Below, piece by piece: positions 12,091-27,264 of a DNA stretch of 64,000 nt; the stretch's first letter is position 1; the number at the start of each line of letters is the position of its first letter. Both the position numbers and the translations under genes were made by a program. The notes below the pieces were generated by a model that had not been told where the DNA came from, ran no database searches, and saw nothing but the letters and a program-made list of their open reading frames with translations. Source of the stretch: Stylophora pistillata (Eukaryota); NCBI RefSeq assembly GCF_002571385.2, contig NW_019217945.1:227412-291411 (forward strand), written 5' to 3'.

Positions 12091-15000
12091 CATTAATTTT
12101 GGACCATTTTTCTCAAATTTAGAGCTGGATTATTGAAGACGTCGCGGCGACTTGGTTAAAATACTACATTAAAGAGCTGTCAGAGGAGGGCTAAAAACTT
12201 AATTTGAACGCATCAGCTTAATCACATACGTAGCAGACACATTTTTTAAAAAGTTCCCCCCTTGAATGCATTGTTGGGTAAATAATACCAACTCGTACAG
12301 AGCAGAAGTTTGCTTTAATTTTTCCGTCCACAGCAGATTGCAACTGAAATTGATCGAAGATGTTTGCGCGTAATTTTCTGGGAAAATCGTGACGCTATTT
12401 TGGTTTGCTTCTCAATTGTAACTGAGTTCGTTATATTTCTGATATCTAGTCGATATTCTTCAGTGTGTTTGGACGCGAGTCTTGTTTTTTTAAGAACACA
12501 GTAATTCGCCGAGAGGTTTTTTTTTGGTTTATTGCCTTATACACTGGCTTCACTTAAAAGCACTCTAGATCTGTCGCAATAAATACATGCAATTGTTTCA
12601 GGTGTGGCCTTGAACTCCCTTAAAAGTGTCAAGTTAATCTTCCAGTCCTCCAGTCTTCCAGTCGATCCGATATCCGTAATGATTTGCCAAACGACGAAAG
12701 CTTAATTGATCGAACACAATAGTTTGACTTGAAACAGTGATACATCCTCCAGCATAGCAACGAGGGAAAAATGCGTTGATTATGCCAACAATGTTTACTC
12801 AACCCTTTGCATCCCAACATAAAGAATTCGTATTATCCATACTCGATACATTTCCTGAGGTGCTGACGAGGAGAATTTTGTCAACAGTCAAGAAATTCTA
12901 TAGTTGGTGATCATTTGTTTCATGCTTTTGATCACTATGTGTGATCTAGTGGTGATACTGTTAGTAGGGATTATATGCTAATCTCTTTTAGGGATTGAAC
13001 GGTTGGTGGAGAGGAGAGCTGGTGCTTAGCCGGGTTAAGTAACAGGTGCCGGAGAGATTTCAGTTTATCAGTTAACCATTGTGCATCAGATAAAAACTGT
13101 TTTACTCAGCAAATTATCCCAAGAAGACCTAACAGGTTATAGCCATGCCGAAGGCAACTATCCATTTTGACCCGAGATAGATAGGTGGACCAGTTAATTG
13201 TGACCCAAACGATTAAGCTTTCGAATAATCCTCAAGATTACTTTGGAAACCGATTGGAGTCCATTTTGAGAATCATTTAGAGGTCGTTAAAACGAGCTGT
13301 TGGACTCGTAATCACAATAAAACTACAATGCTCACAGTACGTATGTTAATAGAGCTTTCAACTCTTCTTATCTTGACCCCTGCATTTAAAACCTGTAAAG
13401 GTGACTGTTTGCTTTGTTGAGGGTCGGAGCTTTGAAGTCGCCCTCCCACATAGAACCTTTTCAAAACCTACTGAAACAAGGCATTAATAATGGATGAAAC
13501 AAGTCCTTAATTCTTTCTTCGTGAGGATTCATCTCTAAGTATCATTTAACTTTGACGCAAACTCTCGTAAACACGCTGTGTTAATGACTCGCTACTTAAA
13601 AACTGCCCGATAGTAAGAATCTCTGTGCCATTGACACTTAGCGTTTTATTTTACCGAGGAAACGACTACAAAGTTTTTTCATCCGTCTTCAAAACGATTT
13701 TTCAAGTGTGTCCAAAGGCAAAAAGGTGAGTAAAGCAGTCAGTTCATTGGTTGTTTTCGTTTATTTGAGTTTTAGCAGTCAGGTTATATGAGCGAGTTGT
13801 ACATAGGGAACTTAAATGGTTCAGAGTTGTGAGTTTCGGGCTCAACAGTATGGAGTCAACTGTTGTGGAAGTCAAGCTGGTCGGAAAATTTGCAAGCCTG
13901 GCATGGTTGTAGCAGAATATATTGACCTCTTAGTAGAATTTTATGTTAAGCTTGCTTACGTTTTGCTTAGAAGCGGTTTATTGCTTTGGCTGTTTTGTTT
14001 GCCGGTTGCGTGGCTACCATTTAAAACAGCTAACAGATGTATTAAGTCAGTAGCCATGTTCAGGTTTCCTTTTAGCGGGAGTAGCGCCACAGCTCAGTGA
14101 TATGTCTTTTTTTATCTCTCGTTTGTTTTCATCAACAATCAAACCACCTCAAAATCAACGCAAATTATTATTGAGCATGTTGATACAACTTGTGGGAGAT
14201 CTGGGTACGAAACTAGTCAGCAGGCTGATCTTTCGGTTCAGTGACACTCCGGCCTTTAATCTGTGCTAGATTCGACCCGTTCACTATTTGTTTTTGTTCC
14301 AAGCCCAAAACGGTGCCCTACACACCTACACAGACCAATTGAGAAGCAACGTTTTACTGCGGATGACTGAAGAACGAAATCCCCAATTTTTCGTTTTATC
14401 TCTGCAAAGTTGTGAATTTTAACTGTTAATTATCTGAAGCGATTTAAAAATCAGCAGCAGTAGAAGAAGTAAGTAGAATGTTTGTTTTTTTTTTTTTCTT
14501 CAATCTATAACCTTATCGTAATGGTTCAAAAAACATTTTGTGCCAGCATTCGTTAAGGCACCAAAGCCCATTTTACTTGTAAGGTAGGCTACGATGAAAC
14601 CCGACAGGAATAACCTGGATTAAGTTCCTCTCGGTTCGCTAACGCAATTCAGTCCATCTGCCTTATTTCCTCCTTTGATATGAAAAACGTTTTCAGAAGT
14701 GAATCTTTGGTTTTTTTTAAGATCTGTGGCTTGGCATCTGAAATACAATAAGAACTAGTTTGTAAGCTTAAAACTACCAAAAATTGATTTTGAATGGTAA
14801 ATTTTCAATTCAGACTCTGATGAAATGTAAACAGCGGAACAGTTGAAATTAAAACTTGCAAATTTTCAAGGGAGAAATTGCCTAGGGCGAATAATTAGGT
14901 GTTTTCATGTCGGCATCAAATGGAAACTTTTTTCCCGGCTCAATTGTCGTATATTGGTCTATTATTAAATCTGATAACTATTATAATAAAAGTTTCAAAT

Positions 15001-15499
15001 TTTCTTTAACTAATCGTGCGAATAAAAGTATCAGTTGGCGACGGTAACTGGACTTTTACAAACTTGCCGCAATGCAAGAAGTATCGGAACGAGATTTTAA
15101 AAGTTCAGAATAATCGTTCTATATTGGATGCAAAGCCTTCCTGGGAAATTGTATTGAAGTTCCACACTTGTAGGTTTGTTTCATCGCACTTTGTAATAAT
15201 CGTGGCGCTTTGTGATAAAATTGTCGCACTTTGAAATACATGCCACACTTTTTGATCAAACAATCGCATTTTGTAATAACACTTGTCACCCATTGTAATT
15301 AACTTGGTGCAGATGGTCGTGGGCATGTGGAACCGATGATAGCTATCATTTCTGTCAATAATCAGTGATGGTGTTGATAATATTAATAATTATGAGAATT
15401 ATTATAATAATGAAAGTGATAATAATAGTAATAGTGAAAGTCATGTTGGTAATGAAGAGCAAGAAAATGTTGATAATATTGAGAGATGATATATTCAGT

Positions 15500-15690
15500 G
15501 AGTGACACAGGCATACCCGGAGAAAAAGAAACTCCGAGTGCTCTCAAAACGAGTCGAACCTAAGACCTTCCGATTAGTACTTCGGAAGCTCTACCACTGA
15601 GCTATAAGAAACTCGTGGCAGGCTAGGTCGCTGTACTTAGTCCACGGTGAAAAACTTCCTGTCTACTGCTAGGATAGCAATATCGAATGT
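15500..15690 (-). mobile_element. tRNA-derived SINE-like repeat
   Basis: Minus strand tagctcagtggtagagc (A box) ... ggttcgactc (B box), with no intact acceptor stem. Confidence 0.6.
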
Positions 15691-18600
15691 GATGCTTTTG
15701 CGAAATGCTGATGTTAATGAAGATGGTAGGTTCATTTTAAACTTGGTCCAGTTTCCAATTACGTTAAGGCAAGGCGTATACTTTGTGTGGGGTTCTTGTA
15801 ACAAAAGTTTCACTTGCATGAGTTCTTTGATGAAGACTGCAGCTGGAGGTGGTTTGAGATTCTCCCTTAAGTCTCACTGAACAATTAATATGCTAACTAC
15901 GGCTTAATAAATGGATCACAGAAGCTGAGTTGGTGCCGCATTTAAACAGGTTTCTTCCAGTTAGGAAACATAAATTGTTCTACAATTTTCCATTACGTGT
16001 AATCTCTTCATTTGAAGTATTTAGATATCGATTTAAGTGCAATTTAGCAGTTTATTGGCGATCTATTCTTCACCGCAGATGTTCTTACTTGCAAATCAAA
16101 TCAAATCAAATCAGTAAAATACTTATAAAGGGTCAGTCTATGTAAAGATTTTTTTTAGGTAAAGAAAAGATAAACTGGCCCGCACGTAGTTGAACGTCAC
16201 TAGCTAGCACCAACAGAGTACGTTATTTTCCGCAGGAAAGGAGGAATTTTCTTTTAAGTATGAAAAACTACAAGTTTCTCCAAATTAATTGATAATCTTG
16301 CGACACATGATATACTTACAGTGAACGAAAATTTAACGATTCTTTTTGTTAGATTATGAAAATGATACATGATTTGAATATCATCGTCATCATTATTGCT
16401 ATTCCCATTATTAATATAATTGTTGTTATTATCAGTATTTTTATTATCAGCAACATAGCTATTTGTATGTGCAGTTACGTAAGCGAGTCGGACGTGAGCG
16501 CCTTTTATACTGTATACACGCATCACAGCACATGATTCCGGCTTTCAGAGACTATTATTTTAAGAAGAACGTGCACAGGGCACAGGTTATAAAGTCCTTG
16601 AATGTTGCGGCAAGAAAAATTTTCTGAGATCTTATCTAAGGTAGGCACTAATTAAACGCTCGTCAAAGATTTACACTTTGACTTTCCCTTTGATTATTAC
16701 AGCGGAAGTAGGTGTATTAAGCACGCCCGCCATCGCTGTCAATCCGACTGAATCACACTATTGATTACTGAGCGGGCCGGCTTACTTACCAGGTTATGAG
16801 ATTTTTAGAGGTAACTGTTTTGCATCAAAAATGGTTCCCAAAACATTGAAGAGCAAGAATGCTCCTTAATTAGCAAATGACGCTTTTTAAGAATGTTCAT
16901 ATTCGGGTTTTTCCTTCGACACGGGGTTTAGAACCCCTTAGGTCTTCGCTGAAGCGTTGGCTTTTAGTTGCAGAACCACAAACGATGACATCTTAAAACT
17001 TTTTCAAATATTAGGCTTCATACATTTTACCTGAGCGAACGACGAACCATTTCAAACTGGACTCTTTCCTGTAATGTTATCTGATTTGGATCTTTTTTGT
17101 TTTTGATTGCGTAACATTAGTAATGATTGTGGTACAGAGAAAAATCCGTTTATGATAGCATAAATTAGACAAGGCTCGTCAGAAGTTGATGTTCATTCTT
17201 ACTTGCAAATGAGAATCTTTTTCCTGTTTAATCAGGACCACAGTGCCTTTCACTGTTTGATTATTGAGTCATGAGGATAAACCTGAAAATAAATCCCAAA
17301 GAAGGGATAGGAAACTCATTGGAGCGCTAATTCATTTGCATGTTAATCTGGAATGGAAGTCCTATAGCCCAGGTTTTGGGCAAGGTGTTTAGACGTGGGC
17401 ATCAACGTTGGCTCCTTAAGTTTTTTCAGGACATGCAGCCAGCTGCTCTTTGTAAATGCTCGGTCTTCATTTTAATGTTTCGTTTTCAACCATACTTACG
17501 TCTTAACCGTTTGAAAGTTAGTGGCCCTCGGTCACGCTTTTTAATACACGTGTAGTCTTTTGCGTTTTTCGCTTACCTATGCTCGTGAAACACTGCTAAT
17601 AATGGTGACTAAAACAATGATGTTGCTGATGGTGATATTGTTGGAAATTAGAATAGGAAATAAGTTCGCCACTGATAGAGATCTTCTCTGACTAACTACC
17701 AAAGATTGCATCAGCATTTTGTTTTCGTTTGGCGTGCCCAGGTTGCGAAAACTGATGATGTATTTAAGTGTTCCAAATTGGCAGAAAAGATTAAGATTTT
17801 GGGCCATTAAAGCTTTTAATTTTACACGGGTGTAGGTCTCAGGTTGAAAATGGATTAATTTTATGTATTAAGTCAACCTTTCATTGGTAACTAAAGTATA
17901 CCCACTCTGGCTTGTTTGAAGGTTGTAATGTACACTTTAGGAAAATGGGTTAAAAAAATCCATCTCAATTAGCGAACTCTATAGTGCTGAACTCCGATTA
18001 TTGTTTCGGGTGCTATCTCCAATAAATGCGAAAATGACACCAGATTTTCGTCGACGCATTAATATTTTAGTTGAGTTTAAAAGCGTTCAACATGTTTAGC
18101 TCGTGTTTTCTCCAGAACTGCTAAATGCAGGCTGCGCGTGATGATAATCGCGTCTCTAATTGACAACCCATTTACGAGGCTTTTGTGCCATTTTTTTCTT
18201 AAGAAACATTGGCGGACACAAGTCTTGTCTGCTATCAAAAGACGATTCATTCAATTCAATTGTACCCAAATCGTTTTTGGTTTTATTTCTATCAAATACA
18301 ACATTGATGAAAAGCTCTACCATCAACAATTTCCAGTTTTCTAGAGTTATCAGTAAAAGGACCAATCCTACCTCTCTGATTTAATAAAATACACATGTTT
18401 AGTTTTTTTGAATCGGAAACACTAATCTGACCACTAATATCGCTGGATCAGATGTGCTGCCATGGTTTTGACTGAAATAGAGACATACGTCGGATCATTT
18501 CAGCCATGTAAACAGATAGAGATGTAGATGTAGCGGAAATGGAAGAAATTATTCGCCAAGTCCTTTCGATTTCCATACAGTATGTTATTTGCTAATCTAC

Positions 18601-20607
18601 CCGGCAAAGATAAAAAACTTCTCGCAACAGAACAGACAAGAGAAATAAACGAAACATCTTTAAATCCAGACCAACTTTAAGATATACAAAGGCGTGCTGT
18701 GATAATGAAATAATCCTTCGCTCTTTATTTACAGCGCTTACATCTTGCAGCTGGCTCTATGTATGTAAATTCTTGGTTTGATGTAAGTTGTCTTTATACG
18801 TATTTACTTGGCCTTTGAGTTTTTGTTCAAGATAATTTATTTCGTTAAACCGCCCGTGGGTAAAAGTCGCCAACAAACTGGGCATCGACCGCAAGTCAAA
18901 TAAATATTCGTGGAGAAATCCCCAAGAGCTCTGTTCAATCAAACAAGACATTTTCATCATCTTGCAAATGTAGGTAGACAACCCGTGATAAAACTTGTGT
19001 TTTTTCTGCTTTTAGTTAATAATTCAGTGAAGGAAGTCATGTTATAAAACAGATAAAGCGTTGTACATTTTCAGCAAAAATTACTGTAGCTAACAGATGC
19101 TGTATTGAGGCGTCGCTCCGTTATCAGAGGAGCCTCAGGTGCAATGTTTCGTTTCTGTTAGGAGACTTGATCTTATCTCGGTGTAACGAATAGAATGTTT
19201 GCGAGTATCAGAACATTTAGCGGATCAAAACTGCACAGAGACCAAAGCTAGATTGAAATAGTTCTTATGGCGTCTGTACTTTTTGGAGACTGAACATTTA
19301 AAGAAGTAAATCTTAATGACGAAGAACTACCTCCCGTAGAATGAAATGCGTTGTGATTGCATTTGTATTAAAAAGGAATCTGAAAAAGAATTCCGGAAAG
19401 TTCTTAATTCATTGTATGCACCAGAGGAAAAACTGCGCGGTCGAAGCATACACAATCACAAGTAGGTTGAGTGAGTGTGGTGGTTCTGATACCTTTTTTT
19501 GTAATTGTAGACGGGAGTGCATTTCAGGTTGTTACTACGCTGAAAAATGATGTGCTACAGTACTCAGCCAGCACTTTCAGTTATCTTGATGTAGGAATGC
19601 ACGCACTCTTCAATGAGAATAACAGTTAAAAGATTACTGACAGTTCAATTTTTTCTCCTTTACCAAGCAGAAAAGGTGTAACCTGTTAACATCATAGTTG
19701 TTATCATATCCTGTCCTCCGATGAAGATACAAATCCATTTTGATTAAGCCTTTGAAACTTCCTGTAATAAGTTCACATTACTGCTTTCCAATTATTACAG
19801 CAAATGGAAAACACGATTTATTTCCTCTTATCTTAATCGCCTCGAGACCTGTTCCAATATTTCCAAATTTGGTTCAATTCTAGTTGCAGTTTAAAGTTTT
19901 TGAGACGAGTCCTTAACGATTAAGTCTTGTTTTTAAAAAGTTTAGAATATAAGAAATAACCTATTCAGGTAAAGAATAGCGTTGAGCTGCCACACAATCT
20001 TACTGAAGCCGGTCATATTTTTATGACTAGGAGTGCCGATGAAACAAACTGCTCACAGCTGCACGAAACATTCTTTCCTCCAAAGATTTGAGCAGTAATT
20101 CGAACTCCGGTGCAAAACTGAAATCGTGTTGGCTTCTCTTCAACTAAAATCACCCGTTCGTAGCTGCAAAGTGCAATTTTCTTACGATCCTGCCTTTCCA
20201 GGTAGTTTTGGCTATGTCCTTTTTTTTACAAATGTCTTCCAAATATTTTGCCGATAGTAAGACAAAATAGTTCTGAATTAACAAACGAAGATTTTGCCTC
20301 TCGAACTTTGCACTTTCCGTGTGGTATATTTTTTAAACTTTGCACGATGTAGTGAAATTTGAACTGACCAAAATGAAGTTGGCGTCAACTGATGACAAAA
20401 CAATAATATTTGCTGTATTCAACTCATTGGACCAACTGAGCATAGTTGTATGGTTCTTACAGCTATTTCAGTCATTATTTTCTAGAGATTTGTTCAAACA
20501 CACAACATTTTCACTCTTTGTGGCTTCAGCAAACCATACAAATCAAGACTGAACTGAAAGGCACAGAAATATCTATCTTGTCTTATCGCTTTTCAGGCTT
20601 AGAAAAG

Positions 20608-21642
20608 ATGGCGGATGGCGTGTACACTTTTTTTGCTATTTTGGCCACATTCATTGGAGGAAGCGGTGTGATTCTCAATTTTCTCGTGTGTTTGACATAT
20701 TTCGCAACTCCAAAGCTTTTAAATGCTTCTAACATCTTTTTGCTCAACATGGCGGTTGGAGACTTCATTTACTCACTCGTGGCCCTTCCTCTCCTGGTTG
20801 CCTCCAACGTTCGAGGCAAATGGGCATTTGGAGAAGCAGGTTGTACCGCTTACGCCTTCATCACTTTTTTTTGTGCACTTGGCAGCATGATGCTACTAGC
20901 AGTTGCTGCTTACGAGCGTTACTTCACACTATGCAGGTTGTACAGTGACGGTCAAATTCAGTTCAGTAAGAAAAAAGCAATCATTCTGTGCGTATTGATG
21001 TGGTGCTATGCTCTGCTCTGGAGCCTGATGCCTGTGCTTGGTTGGTCCAGATACATCCTAGAGGGTATTGGTACCAGCTGCTCAGTAGACTGGACTTCAA
21101 GAAAGCCAAGTGATGTGTGGTACACCATCCTTTTGATCCTAGGGTGCTTTGTGCTTCCGGTTGCCATCATTGTCTACAGTTACATCAAGACTTTTAGAGC
21201 TTTGAGAAAGTTAAGCCAACAAGCGTTGCAGAATTGGGGAGAAAATAACCGTGTCACCCAACAAACCCTCAAAGCAGAACGTAAAATGATGTGGGTAATA
21301 GTCGCCATAACAGCTGGATACCTCTTTGCCTGGACGCCGTATGCTCTGGCTTCAGTGGTGGCCATTGTAAACCCAAATCGTATCAGCCCCATTGGGGCCA
21401 CGATTCCAGCCTACATGGCCAAATCTTCAGCTTGCTACAATCCAACCATTTACGTTTTCATGTATAGGAAGATGCGAAGCAGATTGTATGAAATTCTTTG
21501 CTGTAAGAAGTCTCAAGTTCACCCAGACGCGCCAAGTGCTTCTGAAATTGCAAGCGTTCGCCAAAGTGCACCGGCTACACTTGCGGGAGGACGACGAACT
21601 TCATCTGGTGATAAATTTGTAGATTCATCCAACACAGCTTGA
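20608..21642 (+). CDS. Opsin (cnidarian xenopsin/cnidopsin or ciliary-type), 344 aa, intronless CDS
   Basis: ATG 20608 after acceptor tttcAG (20595-96). Seven TM segments, ERY, ECL2 RYILEGIGTSCSVDW, WTPYA, and IPAYMAKSSACYNPTIY with the retinal-binding Lys at 21421-23. Confidence 0.93.
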   Translation: MADGVYTFFAILATFIGGSGVILNFLVCLTYFATPKLLNASNIFLLNMAVGDFIYSLVALPLLVASNVRGKWAFGEAGCTAYAFITFFCALGSMMLLAVAAYERYFTLCRLYSDGQIQFSKKKAIILCVLMWCYALLWSLMPVLGWSRYILEGIGTSCSVDWTSRKPSDVWYTILLILGCFVLPVAIIVYSYIKTFRALRKLSQQALQNWGENNRVTQQTLKAERKMMWVIVAITAGYLFAWTPYALASVVAIVNPNRISPIGATIPAYMAKSSACYNPTIYVFMYRKMRSRLYEILCCKKSQVHPDAPSASEIASVRQSAPATLAGGRRTSSGDKFVDSSNTA

Positions 21643-21729
21643 ATCACTGGCGGATCATGAGAGGGTAAGGGGTGGGGGTGGGATTTGGGAAAGGCGTCAT
21701 TTCTACTTATAGACTCTAGCTTTTGTCAC

Positions 21730-21980
21730 TTAGGGATCATTGTTTACCGCCTGGGAGAAAGAGAAACGGGGGGGGAGCGCGGAAAAAACAGAGGATAAAA
21801 TTCACTGATCCCCTCATAAGTCCGTGTTATTGTTATGATCCCCCCTCATAAGCAGTTAATTGACAGTTCTTTTAAAATATTCCCCATTTTATGCTCTGTT
21901 AGCAATGAGTTTTCTCCCTCTGTACCCCCCTAAAACATGTGCTAGATATGTGATTCCCCCACAAACCCCACCCAAGGTGA
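21730..21980. repeat. MITE-like interspersed repeat (related copies ~22300-22380 and ~60743-61010)
   Basis: Ends agggatcattgttta.../...gtgataaataaggactgttccc, with a C-rich interior shared with the 60743-61010 copy. Confidence 0.5.
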
Positions 21981-23280
21981 TAAATAAGGACTGTTCCCCA
22001 AATGAGATCAAGGAATGTCAGGAAAAAGAGTTCAATCTCATTTCGGGATCTTTTATCGTAAACTTCAACTGACACAACGTCACGCCCATGAGGCGTTTTC
22101 TAGATTTCCGGAGTTCTGATAGAACTCAACTGAAAATTTCGAGTGTAACCTGACTCTTCCATGTCGGTTGGTCTCAAGAAACTTAAGGGAGATAAGGACA
22201 ACTCATAGACGCACGCAACAAAGTCAACGACGAGAGGAAGGTGCGGTACTCAGTAAAAATGCCAGCAGGGGAGTCACAAGAATGGTACAGAGCCTTATGA
22301 GGGATCAGGTAATTTTACCATAACACGACCAAAATCCTCCGGACGGACCCTCCCTGGGCGAGAAATATTGAGCAGTCCCTTAGGAAATGTAACATATTTA
22401 TAATCATAAAAAAGATCCTAACTTAAACAAAAACAACAACAACAACAAAAAAAATACCAAGACAAATTTTCCTTTCACATTAACCAACTTATTAGTAAAC
22501 TGATGTGTTGTGAGCGTTTACTAAAGGAGCAGAAGAATACTGCTCAGAAAAATAAAACGGGTAAAGTGGGATGAAAATTATCGAACTTACTTCAATTTCA
22601 ATTACTTTAATGTTATTGCCTTAAAAAAGATCCCTTGTAAAATCATTTTGCCTCTTCTGGTACTCTTCTGATACTCTAAGATATCAAGTTTATCAAAAAA
22701 TATAATTAGAGGAGCATGTTTTTTTTTCTGTGCAAGGAAATTGTATGTTTTTTGAATAAAGTTCTTTAAATATCTTTCAGTGACTATAACTATGCATACT
22801 AGAAATCAATGAGCAACCACTAGTTTATATTCTTTGACAATGTAAATCCCAAATTTGGGTCACTTCAATGACACTCTACCTTAAACTATAGTATAATTTA
22901 GCTCTGAAATTAGCGCTGCATTCATATTTGCTGTTACAAAGTAAACGTTCCTTATACCCTTCCCTTTTAATGTAACCATAGTTTCCAAATTTATAATCGT
23001 TAAAACTTGAAATGTTTGAGTGACCAAGTCCAAACAATACCATGTGGATAGCTCCAAAACATGACTGAAGACATCTCATATTTTCTGTCTGAATCTAAGA
23101 ATTGAACAAATTCAAATGGATTTGACTAGCAGGACTCTCACAAATGGCCTTTTCTTATTTGAACTATTCTGCAATTTCAGTTGCTGCCTAGAAAAGAGTT
23201 ACCAATAAGAAGAAATTATCCTGAGAGATATGACCCACCCCCTAATTTTTAAAGTAGTTAAAAAAAAAGTGCACCACTTC

Positions 23281-27046
<3,766 letters not shown>

Positions 27047-27264
27047 TCCAGTATCCTTTTGCAGTAAAATTAAAAGCCAAAATATGAAAATAAATTGCCA
27101 CTCCTTGCTCGATCGAACGCAAGCGATGCTCTATCGCCTGGTGCCCAAGCAACATCGATCTGACCTTTGCAACCGAGAGAAGCTGGAAATAGTTCATAAA
27201 AACAGCTGGGGCCGAGGCAGATCAGGACATGATCTGGTACGACGTTCGTTGGTTCGTGTAACCC
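27047..27264. promoter_or_regulatory. Candidate bidirectional promoter between CNPPD1 (-) and the distal first exon of the SIPA1L-like gene (+)
   Basis: 218 bp between the divergent ATGs (27046 and 27265); CpG-rich relative to flanks. Depends on both first-exon calls. Confidence 0.45.

Noticed and set aside
16475-16482. TTACGTAA D-box (and CACGTG near 17547) as circadian elements for the opsin
   Set aside because: Isolated 6-8-mers are expected by chance in 64 kb of AT-rich DNA; no clustering.
20446-20607. 54-aa N-terminal extension of the opsin in the ORF track
   Set aside because: Starts at a non-ATG codon and crosses a splice acceptor; likely intronic.
22876-23280. Possible read-through or pseudogene continuation after the CNPPD1 stop
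   Set aside because: Multiple stops and no recognisable motif; most simply 3'UTR.
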